Counted from the first letter of the stretch, positions 40,880 to 50,993 are shown. The stretch: DNA of 64,000 nt from Candidatus Helarchaeota archaeon (GCA_019058315.1 JAHPZH010000008.1:32001-96000), one strand, 5' to 3'. Program-made: numbers and translations. The notes: generated by a model not told the origin, from the letters alone.

Positions 40880-41098
40880 ATGGCAAAGAAAAGATTCTTC
40901 GCTTGGAGCCCAACAAGAACTTTAATGTCCAGTGTAGGTGCGAAAATCGTTAACAAAAATGCTGTGGACTATTTGATTGGTCATCTCGAAGCCGAAGCTG
41001 TTGAAATCACAAAAAAAGCTATTACATTTGCAAAACATGCAAATCGTAAAAAAGTTACCGCAGCAGATGTAACACTAGCAATAAAAGAATTCTCCTAA
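40880..41098 (+). CDS. Archaeal histone
   Basis: WSPTRTLM..VGAKIV...AV..L...LE...A..FAKHANRKKVTAADV.LA histone fold; ATG at 40880; T-tract downstream. Confidence 0.92.
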   Translation: MAKKRFFAWSPTRTLMSSVGAKIVNKNAVDYLIGHLEAEAVEITKKAITFAKHANRKKVTAADVTLAIKEFS

Positions 41099-41358
41099 TT
41101 AAAATCTATCATTTTTTTTATTTTTTTATTTTAGATTCTGGCTGATTGAATAAAAATATTATTAATTCTTTTTTCACTTAACAAAAACTAACCTATAATT
41201 TCTCCATTTCCAGTGATCTTAATAAAATTCCAATTTAATTTAGATAAGAAGTATAAATTCAATCCCATTTCAACATCATTTTAAATTTTAAAAATTATAT
41301 ATAGATTTATATAATTCAAAATGAAAATGGTTGTGTAATTTATCGTTTGGTGACGTAA

Positions 41359-41706
41359 ATGTCTGAAAAAGACGAACCAAAGGTTGTTAAAGTTCTGCAG
41401 AAATCAGGAAAAGTTGATGACCAAATTGATTGGCAAGTTGCAAAGCATGTAATGAATTTAGGGGGTTATACAGCTTGTCAACCAAGTTTGGTAGAATTAG
41501 AGAATGGTAAACAAGCGATAAAATATTTAATTGATAAAACAGTAGTTGAAAAAGACGGATTATATGGATATGGAATTGTGGGAAGTTTATATGTAAGTTT
41601 GGACCCTTTAGGAATAATTTGGTTTACACCAAAAGAAATATTAGAAAAGAAAAGTGAAGAACTTATTAAAACAGCAAAGCCACAAAAACGCCCGAGGGTT
41701 TATTAG
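41359..41706 (+). CDS. Hypothetical protein
   Basis: 115-aa ORF with GGTGA SD. Confidence 0.65.
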   Translation: MSEKDEPKVVKVLQKSGKVDDQIDWQVAKHVMNLGGYTACQPSLVELENGKQAIKYLIDKTVVEKDGLYGYGIVGSLYVSLDPLGIIWFTPKEILEKKSEELIKTAKPQKRPRVY

Positions 41707-41767
41707 GTATTTTTCTCATTATGTATGACTTCAATAAGTCAAAATAGTACTTTTTAAGGTATATAAT

Positions 41768-42427
41768 ATGGTTAATTGGAATCAAGTTAAATTATGGACA
41801 AAGCGAATTTTACTTATAATAAGTCTTATTTTAATTGCCATCGCTTTTTTTGGATATTATCCAAGAATATATGAGGTCTCATTTTATCCTGATTATACAA
41901 ATCTGATTGTATTTATTATTTTATTATTAATAGGTTTGACATATCTAGTTATAGCAGTTGCAAAATATCTAATTCAATTTTTTGAATTACGAAATATGAT
42001 ATCAAATGCAATAAGTAAAAGTATTACAATTAACGATAAAGAATTAGCTTCAGAAATACAAGAGCCATTGTGGCGTGTAACTCCATTATTTAAAAAAATT
42101 GCTTATAAATATGGAATTTTAGTCTATTTTTCAGGAGCTCCAACTTTTTTTCACTCTAATTTCATTGATCATTTTATAAAAATATATGAAAATGATGGAG
42201 ATTTAGGTAATATTTCAAGCGAATTCGCACAAAAACATTCTATGAATATTTCAAAAGATGATCTTGATATAATTTTGGATGAACTAATCTATTTGGGATA
42301 CAATAACATTATTGAACTTGCGGAAAAATGGAAAAAAGAAAACCCTAAAAGAACTGAAGAAGCAAAAAGACCTTCAAAAGCGATCATTAGAAGATTAGGC
42401 GATAGCCGAAAAAAGAAGAAAAAATGA
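41768..42427 (+). CDS. Membrane protein (two N-terminal TMs, soluble domain, basic tail)
   Basis: Hydrophobic segments followed by a soluble domain. Confidence 0.65.
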   Translation: MVNWNQVKLWTKRILLIISLILIAIAFFGYYPRIYEVSFYPDYTNLIVFIILLLIGLTYLVIAVAKYLIQFFELRNMISNAISKSITINDKELASEIQEPLWRVTPLFKKIAYKYGILVYFSGAPTFFHSNFIDHFIKIYENDGDLGNISSEFAQKHSMNISKDDLDIILDELIYLGYNNIIELAEKWKKENPKRTEEAKRPSKAIIRRLGDSRKKKKK

Positions 42428-42442
42428 GATTTTAATTTGAAA

Positions 42443-42610
42443 TTATTTTTTTTCTAATTTAAGCAGTCTATCTTTATCTCTTTTTATTACTTTTCGAATA
42501 GCTACCCTAATAACTTCTGCTTTAGATGGATATTTCCCAGTATTCACCAATTCTTCAATAAGATTTAAGTATTTTAAAGGTAATGTGATTGAAGTCTGGA
42601 TTAGTTTCAC
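42443..42610 (-). CDS. Ribbon-helix-helix protein, 55 aa, not in track
   Basis: GTG start; MKLIQTSITLPLKYLNLIEELVNTGKYPSKAEVIRVAIRKVIKRDKDRLLKLEKK*. Confidence 0.85.
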   Translation of the reverse strand: MKLIQTSITLPLKYLNLIEELVNTGKYPSKAEVIRVAIRKVIKRDKDRLLKLEKK

Positions 42611-42620
42611 ATTCGTCCCA

Positions 42621-42658
42621 CACTAATATCGATTTATAATGTAAAACTAATATTAGTG
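42621..42658. promoter_or_regulatory. Putative autoregulatory RHH operator
   Basis: Perfect palindrome ACTAATATTAGT (42646-42657) plus a degenerate copy ACTAATATCGAT (42622-42633) just upstream of the RHH start. Confidence 0.45.
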
Positions 42659-42802
42659 CTTTATAGTTAATATATATTAAATTTGGCTCTATTTCCATTG
42701 TACCCAATAATTTTCAAGAAATATTTTTAAAAAACCATGAATACTATTAAAAGGCTTGATTAAAAAGTAAAAATAAGAATTTGGTGATATAAAAAAATTT
42801 TA

Positions 42803-43153
42803 TTATTTTTTAAGAAATTTATCACATATATCTGATAATGATTCCTCTCTTTGAACCCCAATAAAACGATCTACCTCATCTCCATTATCTGGAAATTTTA
42901 GCAGCTCTCCTTTATGATAAATTTGGAGTGTTGGAACCGCAACTATATTAATTTTTTCAGCATGATTTCTATTTTTATCAATATCAATTGAAACTATTTT
43001 AACTCCCTTGTCTTTATATTTATTCTGTATTTTTTCCAAAATCATATGCTGTATTCTACAGGGACCACACCAGACTGCTGAATAATCGACAATTACTATT
43101 TGATTTTTATTTAATACCTCTTTCAAGTCGGCTTCATTAATCTCATCAATCAT
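42803..43153 (-). CDS. trxA: Thioredoxin
   Basis: DYSAVWCGPC and AVPT. Confidence 0.9.
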   Translation of the reverse strand: MIDEINEADLKEVLNKNQIVIVDYSAVWCGPCRIQHMILEKIQNKYKDKGVKIVSIDIDKNRNHAEKINIVAVPTLQIYHKGELLKFPDNGDEVDRFIGVQREESLSDICDKFLKK

Positions 43154-43250
43154 TTTTAATTCTCCAGATTTTATCAGAATAGATATTCCTAAGAATGAAT
43201 ATTAATATTATTACAAATTATCCAAAAAAAAATAATTCTTTACCTAAGTC

Positions 43251-44216
43251 TTAAATTTTTAATCCATTTAATAGATTTACCATAATTGTTGCAGCAGTAA
43301 GATCAGCTGTTGTTCCCGGATTTAATTTTCCTGATTCTTTTTGCAAATTTTTATCGAGCTCAATAATTTCCTTTTTCCTTTTTCTAAGTCCTCCACCAAC
43401 TACGATTTTTTTTGCTAGAGCACTAATTTCTTTCGCTTTTTCAAGATTAGATTTGCGCTGTATTAGAGAATCTGGTATTTCTGAAAGTATATAGAGAAAA
43501 GTATCAACAACAGCTACATTAATATCATTGCATTCTTCAAAGATTTTTTTAAAATAAGGAACTCCAGTTTCAAATGTTATTTTAAAATTAGAAACCCATT
43601 CAGAGGCAATATTATCCCATGGTGCGCTAATTTTTAAAATATTGTATAAGTTGATATCTTCTTTTATAATTTTAGTCTGCGATGATTTATCCATAACATC
43701 AAAATCTTTAACTTGTCCTAGACCTCCCGGTTCACAAATTTCAATTGCTTTATATAAATTAATTGCATCTTCTGGTGTCGTGTTTATAACAACCTTAGAT
43801 AATACTTTTCTCAAAATATCATTATCTATTTCTCCTTGTTCTAATACAATTCCTGCTGCTGCAGATAATGGCATTAAAAGCAATAATAATCCTAAATTAA
43901 TATTTCCTCCTCCTTGCCATTTAATAGTCTCTTTAACTCCTTGTAAAATAAAGTGACCCAAATTTAATTCGCTTAATTGTAATTCACCTCTAGCAATTTT
44001 GCTACTTTTTGAAACCAACTCATTTAATGATTTCCCACAAACAATGGCTCCAATTAAAAAATGTTCAAATTGGGTTTTCGGAAAATTTTGGGTTCGATGA
44101 ACATTACCTGGCTTAGGGTAGCCAGAAACCTCCAAAACCATAGCAATTTGGCTACATCTTACAATATCTTCTCCATTTTCGATGATTAATTTTTCATTCA
44201 ATTTAAATAACTCCAA
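43251..44216 (-). CDS. citG: Triphosphoribosyl-dephospho-CoA synthase (CitG) family, archaeal type
   Basis: LEVSGYPKPGNVHR, NINLG, PDSLIQRK, NPGTTADL. Confidence 0.88.
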   Translation of the reverse strand: MELFKLNEKLIIENGEDIVRCSQIAMVLEVSGYPKPGNVHRTQNFPKTQFEHFLIGAIVCGKSLNELVSKSSKIARGELQLSELNLGHFILQGVKETIKWQGGGNINLGLLLLLMPLSAAAGIVLEQGEIDNDILRKVLSKVVINTTPEDAINLYKAIEICEPGGLGQVKDFDVMDKSSQTKIIKEDINLYNILKISAPWDNIASEWVSNFKITFETGVPYFKKIFEECNDINVAVVDTFLYILSEIPDSLIQRKSNLEKAKEISALAKKIVVGGGLRKRKKEIIELDKNLQKESGKLNPGTTADLTAATIMVNLLNGLKI

Positions 44217-44362
44217 ATTATTCCAAAATAGATTCTTAATTTAAACGTAAATTAAATATAAGTGAGAATGATCTATTTTTATTCCTAAAGTTCTTAATCT
44301 AATTGGTTTAAATATCATTTTTTTTACCATTTCCAATGAAATATTTAAATAGATGAAAACAA

Positions 44363-46114
44363 ATGGAAGATAATTCGATCTATTTAGGTGAAGGCTATAG
44401 TTTAAGCATTTTATTAAAAGATGGAAGAATAGCGGGTTTTCGAGATAATATTTTCAAAAAAGAATTTGAAATTAATGATGAATTTGAATCGTTAAGAAAA
44501 ATTGAAATATCAGATACTGTCATTTTTGATGCTGTTTCGGATAAAAGAGACAGGATAAAGATTTTATCGCCATTTCCAATCTCATTAGGTTTGCCAGTAA
44601 AGGTATTAACTCAATCTCTTGGAGTTGGAACTAGAAAAATCGAGGTATTTCAAGGGCAAACTTTAGGTAGAATGGTAATGAGAGCAACTTTTAATTTAAA
44701 GAGATCAATGAAATGGAAAATTATAACAGATTACGAGCAACTTGGCTCTAAATCAGTTCAATTTCCGCAAAAAGTAACCGCTGAAATTTATTCTACCGCA
44801 TCAGCAGGATTTGAAACAAATTATTTTTATTTTGCACTACCTGAAGGATTTAGCCAAGTTATCTTATTCTTCTCTAGTGAGCTTGATTTTGAACGTATTG
44901 GAAAAAACATGTTAATTCTTGATTCAAATGATCCCTCTTATGACACAATTGCGGAAAGTGCCCCTAGTGGTGAAAAATTCTTCCCTTTATTAACTTTTAC
45001 GTTTATGACTGACTATAAAGATAAAAAAGAAGAGTTAACAAATCATCTTATTATTGGTTCAATATTAACAGCTCGGGGAAAATATGAGCTTGCATTGGAA
45101 TTCTTTGATAAGGCGTTAAATATTTCTAGGGAAACTCAAGATTCAAAAATTGAGGCAGAAATTCTAATTAAAATGGGATCTGCTTTTGAAGATTCAGGAC
45201 AATTAGAAGAAGCTCTACAATGTTATCAATCAGTTTCAAGCGTCTATCATGCAGCAGGAAATACTCTTGCATTAATTTCTAATTATTTAACAGTAGGAAG
45301 TGTTCTTGAACGTCTTGGAAGATATGAGGAAGCATTAGAGTATTACAACGAAGTTTATAATAGTGGTGCTCAGGACCCCAAAACAGTATTAAAAGGAATA
45401 AGCAGATGTCTTGTTGGTTTAAATCGTAGTGATGAAGCTGTTGATATAAGACAACAATTACTTGCTGATGCACGAACAGCTCGTGATAGGGAGAGCGAAG
45501 CAGCAGCCCTAATGGATTTAGGAGAAGTTCTATTGGCTGTAGGAAGAATGGGTGAATCAATGGGCATGTTCGAACAGGCAATTAGAATAAGGAAATCTAT
45601 AGGCGATGAACGAGGTATCGCAGAAAGTTTGGAATCGATGGGTGAAGCTTTATTTAAGAGAGGCAAACTAGCAAAGGCAAAAGATTATTATCAAAAAGCG
45701 ATAGAAGAATATGAAAATATAGGATTGTTATTAGAATCAGCTCGAATTAAAGAAAATAAATTAAGAAAAATAACTACAAAACCTTATAGTGGATGTGAAA
45801 TTTGTAATGCTGATTGCTCTTTAGATATTATGGGACTTTCTCATGCAGATATTAATGATCCTATATTCAGGGAACAATTCAAAAAGATTTTAAGAACCGC
45901 CCTCTCCCGAAAGGATTTAAATCCTGTAGCCGAATTGCTTCTTGAAAAAGCTCAAACTAACATCCTACTGCGACAAACAAATTTAACACCGAAACAATAT
46001 GCATATTGTTTATTTGTTCATGCAGGAGAAGAAATTCTCGGTAAATTAAAACCAGAATATAAACGGCAGATTGAAAAATTAGTATCAGATTCGATAATTC
46101 GTCTTCCTGCTTAA
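44363..46114 (+). CDS. TPR-repeat protein with a C-terminal Cys cluster
   Basis: Repeated G.Y..AL..Y..A TPR units; CEICNADC. Confidence 0.85.
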   Translation: MEDNSIYLGEGYSLSILLKDGRIAGFRDNIFKKEFEINDEFESLRKIEISDTVIFDAVSDKRDRIKILSPFPISLGLPVKVLTQSLGVGTRKIEVFQGQTLGRMVMRATFNLKRSMKWKIITDYEQLGSKSVQFPQKVTAEIYSTASAGFETNYFYFALPEGFSQVILFFSSELDFERIGKNMLILDSNDPSYDTIAESAPSGEKFFPLLTFTFMTDYKDKKEELTNHLIIGSILTARGKYELALEFFDKALNISRETQDSKIEAEILIKMGSAFEDSGQLEEALQCYQSVSSVYHAAGNTLALISNYLTVGSVLERLGRYEEALEYYNEVYNSGAQDPKTVLKGISRCLVGLNRSDEAVDIRQQLLADARTARDRESEAAALMDLGEVLLAVGRMGESMGMFEQAIRIRKSIGDERGIAESLESMGEALFKRGKLAKAKDYYQKAIEEYENIGLLLESARIKENKLRKITTKPYSGCEICNADCSLDIMGLSHADINDPIFREQFKKILRTALSRKDLNPVAELLLEKAQTNILLRQTNLTPKQYAYCLFVHAGEEILGKLKPEYKRQIEKLVSDSIIRLPA

Positions 46115-46115
46115 T

Positions 46116-47162
46116 TTATGCTTCAATTTCTTGAAGTCTCATTTTTTTATCAATTATTCTATCCACAATCTTTTTTTGGTTCAAAAAAATAATCATGTTT
46201 GGAGAAAGATAAACATTTTTTTGTGATTTTATAGAAGAGAACTTATTTTTATACTTCAAATTCCAGTAAAAGAAGTCATCAATGCTTGGATGACTTGATA
46301 TAATAGATAAATTATATTTTCCAGCGCTGATTTTATAGACGATTGGAACATTATAGTCTTTTTTAAGATCTTCAATGATTTCATCTTGCATAGCTGAAAT
46401 CTCTAGAAATGTTAAAACCAGATAAAATGTGGGAGGAGCAAAAAAATTTAAAAAATTACATGAAGGATAATCAATCAATTCTAATTTTCTTAACTTCTTT
46501 ATTCTCAATTCAATCGTTTTTCGATGGACTGCTAATTTTTGGGATAGTAAATTCTTATTTATTTTGATATATTTATTTGTACTTAATAGATTTTTTAAAA
46601 TATTAAATCCAACGAAATCAATCTCATAATTATTTATATTAATTTTCTTATTTTTATTAAATTCTTCTTCTAAATATCCGAAAACTGCATTTGGTTCGTA
46701 TTTTTGAATCAAATCATTTGAAAAATGGTAACTTTCTGAGGCATGTCTATGCTCTCTTGAAGGAATCTTATTTTGTTTCACCAGATTTTCACGCCATATA
46801 TGGTATGATAAAACTGTTTTATGATATTCAAAAATTAATGTATTATAATCACCTTCAATTATCCTAAATGCAGCAAAGATATTTTCATCTGTTGATAACC
46901 AATTTTTCGTAGTTTCTGGTAAATCTGCAAAAACAATTACGAACAGGGGAAATTCTTTGGTAATTAGACCAAGAGGAAAATAAATAGGGGGAGTTATTAT
47001 TTTATTTTCAAATAAATCATCGATTCTTCTTTTTATAGTACTTCTATGTTTACCCAACTTTTGGGATAATAGACCATAATCAATACTTAAGCCAAAACCT
47101 GAACTAATTTCCTTTAAAATTTGCAAATTTAATTTATCTAACTCCATTGTTTTATATCCCAT
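46116..47162 (-). CDS. Duplicated Lrp/AsnC-type transcriptional regulator
   Basis: Two HTH+ligand-binding units (LSQKLGKHRSTIKRRI; LSQKLAVHRKTIELRI; GDYN/GKYN). Confidence 0.75.
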   Translation of the reverse strand: MGYKTMELDKLNLQILKEISSGFGLSIDYGLLSQKLGKHRSTIKRRIDDLFENKIITPPIYFPLGLITKEFPLFVIVFADLPETTKNWLSTDENIFAAFRIIEGDYNTLIFEYHKTVLSYHIWRENLVKQNKIPSREHRHASESYHFSNDLIQKYEPNAVFGYLEEEFNKNKKININNYEIDFVGFNILKNLLSTNKYIKINKNLLSQKLAVHRKTIELRIKKLRKLELIDYPSCNFLNFFAPPTFYLVLTFLEISAMQDEIIEDLKKDYNVPIVYKISAGKYNLSIISSHPSIDDFFYWNLKYKNKFSSIKSQKNVYLSPNMIIFLNQKKIVDRIIDKKMRLQEIEA

Positions 47163-47348
47163 GATTTTATTTTCTTATTTCTAATTTCATTCAATACAAA
47201 ATTAATTTTTCAAATTTTATCAAAGAAAAACAAATTATTGATAATTAATTACCTAAAAAATATTAATCTTATTGATAAATAAGCAATTTATCACACATTT
47301 TTCATACTTAGTTCCAAGTGTTTTTAGCCTTAAATTTAATGAATTAAT

Positions 47349-48500
47349 CTAAATTTTGAATTCTTCTGTAAATCTAAAAAATGTATCTTTCAATAATCCT
47401 CCCAAAAATGAAATTAGATTTTGTTTTGTAGATTTAAATCCTACTGGAACATTTTTTTCATCGATAAAGCCAAAGAATAAGGTTGATGCATCAGATACAA
47501 TGCCAAAAAGGTCTGCAGGAGGATATTTTCTCAATTTAATATTATTATAATCTTTATAGCGATCCAGATTTAAGATTTGATCTCTATTGCCTATTTCAAT
47601 GCTAGTTGCAGCCTGAATCATTATTCTGGAAGGTAAAGAGGTCAAATCTAACTGCTCTAATTGTGTGAGTTTTGGAATAAATAAAATAATGTTTCTTTTT
47701 GTATTTTTTATTATATCTTTAATACATTCAATAGCTTGCCTTTCCCCGAAATATATAGTTTCTATCTTTTTCCCTTCATAAAAAGCAAGTTCCTTATTTT
47801 GAGAATTAATTTGAGACTTTAAATCTTCGATTTGTATTTGTAGTTGTTTAACACTTAATTCGGGAACTAAATCAGATTTTTCACTTAATTGTTTAATTTT
47901 TAAAGAAGCTTCATTTAATTTTTCTTTTAATCCGTATATTTCATCATCTTTATTTTTCAAAGTTTCTTCTAAATCCGTAAGTTTTTTTGCAAATTTAGGA
48001 TCTTTAGTTGTTAATGAACGTTCCCTCTCATATTCGCGAATTTTTTCTTCTAATTTGGTTAATTCTTGAGTTTTAGATTTTTCTTGGTCTAATTTTTGTT
48101 CAAGTTCATTATTCAATTTATTTATTCTATCTATTTCTCTGGATTTTTGTTCACTTTCATCCAAATACTTATTTTCTATTTCTTTACACCGATTATCAAC
48201 AATGGAATATTTCATTTCCCAGTCTTTTTCGACCTTTATGAGTTTATCCTGTAATTCCTTAACTTTTTCTAAGCTGGATGTTGAATATTGTTTGATAAAT
48301 TCATCCTTTTTTTCGAGTTCAGGTTTTATGCTTTTTAATTCTACATTTAATTCCATCTTTTCTCTTATTAGATTTTGAATATCTGTCGCATATTTTTTTT
48401 GAATTTCCAGAAGTTTAAGCTTTAACTCACTAATTAATTTGTCTTTTTCTTTTATTGTATTTCTTAATCGCCATACATCTGCTTCTTCATCTAGACTCAA
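47349..48500 (-). CDS. Coiled-coil protein with a C-terminal TrmB/PLD-like alpha-beta domain
   Basis: About 240-aa heptad region, then YFGERQAIECIKDIIKNTKRNIILFIP...GIVSD. Confidence 0.6.
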   Translation of the reverse strand: MSLDEEADVWRLRNTIKEKDKLISELKLKLLEIQKKYATDIQNLIREKMELNVELKSIKPELEKKDEFIKQYSTSSLEKVKELQDKLIKVEKDWEMKYSIVDNRCKEIENKYLDESEQKSREIDRINKLNNELEQKLDQEKSKTQELTKLEEKIREYERERSLTTKDPKFAKKLTDLEETLKNKDDEIYGLKEKLNEASLKIKQLSEKSDLVPELSVKQLQIQIEDLKSQINSQNKELAFYEGKKIETIYFGERQAIECIKDIIKNTKRNIILFIPKLTQLEQLDLTSLPSRIMIQAATSIEIGNRDQILNLDRYKDYNNIKLRKYPPADLFGIVSDASTLFFGFIDEKNVPVGFKSTKQNLISFLGGLLKDTFFRFTEEFKI

Positions 48501-48585
48501 CTTATATCCCCGTTTCTGTTTTGTTTCATGTAAATATAAAATATTACTAATAGTTTAATTTAAAGAAAGGTATTCAGTTTTTATA

Positions 48586-48654
48586 GGCGTTCAGACGGCT
48601 CTTTCCAAAATCATCATCTTCAACTGACTCACAGAACCTGTTCTTCATTACGCC
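48586..48654 (-). ncRNA. Box C/D 2'-O-methylation guide sRNA
   Basis: GGCGU-A-[C AUGAAGA]-ACAGGUUCUGUGAGUCAG-[D' UUGA]-AG-[C' AUGAUGA]-UUUUGGAAAGAGCCGU-[D CUGA]-ACGCC; 5-bp terminal stem; TATA-like TTTATTA about 25 nt upstream. Confidence 0.88.
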
Positions 48655-48736
48655 ATGATTATATAATTTTGAAATCTAATAAATATTTTTAGTTAATTTA
48701 ATAGGAATGGGAAATTTATGAAATACAATAAATTTA

Positions 48737-49009
48737 TTAATAATTGACAAAAAATTTATCAAATTCGTTTCTAAATTTTTCCCAATTTACTTCTACTTTA
48801 GTAACTCTTGCGTATGTAGGACCTTTATGTAAATATTTTATTAATTCTTTTAGTTTATCTTCCTCTCCCTCCGCAATAACTTCTACTCTTCCATCTCTAA
48901 GATTTTTAGCCCAACCTTTTAAACCTAATTTAGATGCAAATTTTTCCGTTTCCCATCTAAAGAAAACTCCTTGAACCCTCCCCGATACGAATGCATGTAT
49001 TCTTTTCAT
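48737..49009 (-). CDS. acyP: Acylphosphatase
   Basis: GRVQGVFFR, GWAKNLRDGRVE, GPTYARV. Confidence 0.95.
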   Translation of the reverse strand: MKRIHAFVSGRVQGVFFRWETEKFASKLGLKGWAKNLRDGRVEVIAEGEEDKLKELIKYLHKGPTYARVTKVEVNWEKFRNEFDKFFVNY

Positions 49010-49383
49010 CTTTATCCCAGACTTTTTTTACATATTCTTTCTTAATTTTGAATTTTGATTTAAACTAGATAAAATTCTTTTTACTAATTTTAAAATATCA
49101 TAAAAAAATAATATGATAATTAACCAGAATAATTATTAATTACCAAAATCGAAAAAAATACTAAAATTTTTTCCTATATTATACCGCCATAAATATTGCT
49201 GAAAGTTCTTTTTGAATCTGTAATGATTCTTGATGTATTTAAAAATAGTTAAACTTATATATCAAAGGAGTTTTTAGAAATTAAATTTAGAATAAGCCAT
49301 AATTAAATTATTGATTAATAAATTTTTGATTTATTAGGATATTTAGTGATATTTTTCTTAATAATTGGATGTGGGTGTAATAT

Positions 49384-49710
49384 ATGAAATTTTGCCCAGA
49401 ATGCGAAAATCTTTTATATCCAATGAGTAAAAAAAATGGAAATTTTTTGGTATGTAAATTTTGTGGTTATGAGATGAAGCTAGACACTAAAGAAGATGTA
49501 TATGAAGATTATAGAATACCAGAAAAAATTAATCATCAAAGTGGAGTAGAAATCATAGAAGAGGACGAACCACGTCCAAAAGTAACAATTGAATGTCCTA
49601 AATGTGAGAATGATAAGGCATTACACTGGGAGAGGTACAATGATGATGGCGAAATCATTCTTTTATATAAATGTACAAAGTGCAAACATGTTTGGGCCGA
49701 AACTGACTAA
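49384..49710 (+). CDS. TFS / RpoM (TFIIS-like) paralog with atypical catalytic loop
   Basis: MKFCPECENLLYP...CKFCGY and CPKC...YKCTKCKHVW zinc ribbons; WERYNDDGE where QTRSADE is expected. Confidence 0.85.
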   Translation: MKFCPECENLLYPMSKKNGNFLVCKFCGYEMKLDTKEDVYEDYRIPEKINHQSGVEIIEEDEPRPKVTIECPKCENDKALHWERYNDDGEIILLYKCTKCKHVWAETD

Positions 49711-50759
49711 CTCAATTTTCTTAGTAACCAGTCCAGACTGAATTTGTAATCCATAATTGACCATAAATATGATAAAGCTAAAAAAACTACACAAATATAG
49801 GTAACTAAGATTAAATAAGAATAAATTGTTAAATTTTTTAATATTTCAAATAGATTATAGAAAATATATTTATTGATGAAATGATGTCCTACTAAGAAAG
49901 TCAAAGATATTTGTCCGTATAGCCAAAAAGGTTGAAAAAGATTAATTTTTTTAACATCCTCAATCCAAAATAACCCAGAAAGTAAAATCATTACCATGCC
50001 TGTAGTCACAAAAACATGCAATCCTTCTTCAAAGGAATCAACAATTGGAGAGTTAAAAATTCTAAAACCATATCCTATTAGAATTAATAAAACACCATAT
50101 TTTAATAAATTTATGCAAAATTTTTTCTCCATTTCTTCTTTATATCTAGCTTGGACTAGCTCATCCCCAATTATCATACCTAGAATCATATATGATATAT
50201 ATGGAAAGATTGCAAATGGCATATTCACTATCATTCCTCTAAAGAAGGTTCCAAAATCCCAAACAGGATTAAATAAAGTAAATAATTCTTCTTGAAATCC
50301 ACAAATTAATCGGAGAAATGGAACTAAAAGAATTATTATAACACAAACTAAAATTTTGAACATGTTAGGTTTTTCCATAAGTAAATAGCAAACTATTTGA
50401 GATACACCTACTAAAATAAGAACTTCGTATGTCCAAGCTTGGTAAATATTAAATATTACTAAATTGAGGAAAAATTGCATGAGAATTAGAAGAAAACCCC
50501 TTTTATATACATGATTTCTAAAATTTTCTTGCTCTTTTCTACTTTCAGCTGAAAGTGAAAAGCTAACACCGACTATTACCATAAAAATCGGACCACCTAT
50601 GTAAGATGGAATTAAAAAAAAAGTTTGAAATGTAAATAAGCTCTGGAAATTCATCCAACTTTGTCCGTAATGTACGAATATCATAAAAAAAATTGCAGTT
50701 CCCCTTAATGTATCAACAGAGTGAACTCTATTTGGTGTTATCTGTCTCAAGGGGTTCAC
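49707..50759 (-). CDS. DUF1624 / heparan-alpha-glucosaminide N-acetyltransferase-like membrane protein
   Basis: RVHSVDTLRG.AIFFMIFVH, P.F...VGVS, FAIFPY, GQISL. Confidence 0.8.
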   Translation of the reverse strand: MNPLRQITPNRVHSVDTLRGTAIFFMIFVHYGQSWMNFQSLFTFQTFFLIPSYIGGPIFMVIVGVSFSLSAESRKEQENFRNHVYKRGFLLILMQFFLNLVIFNIYQAWTYEVLILVGVSQIVCYLLMEKPNMFKILVCVIIILLVPFLRLICGFQEELFTLFNPVWDFGTFFRGMIVNMPFAIFPYISYMILGMIIGDELVQARYKEEMEKKFCINLLKYGVLLILIGYGFRIFNSPIVDSFEEGLHVFVTTGMVMILLSGLFWIEDVKKINLFQPFWLYGQISLTFLVGHHFINKYIFYNLFEILKNLTIYSYLILVTYICVVFLALSYLWSIMDYKFSLDWLLRKLS

Positions 50760-50993
50760 AATCTTAAAAAGTCTTTTCTATAAAAATTTAATTAATTAAA
50801 TAATAAATTAAAATGGCTTTAATAAAAAATTCATTATATTTTTATAATCAAAAAGTTCATATTTTAGTAGATTTATAATTTTATTATCTGAATTTTTACT
50901 TTAAAATAATTATACTTTAAAATTCCTCCTTTTTGTTTGAATTTTTAATTTATAATTATTCTAACGTAAATCAAAATTTTAAAGGAAATTTGA

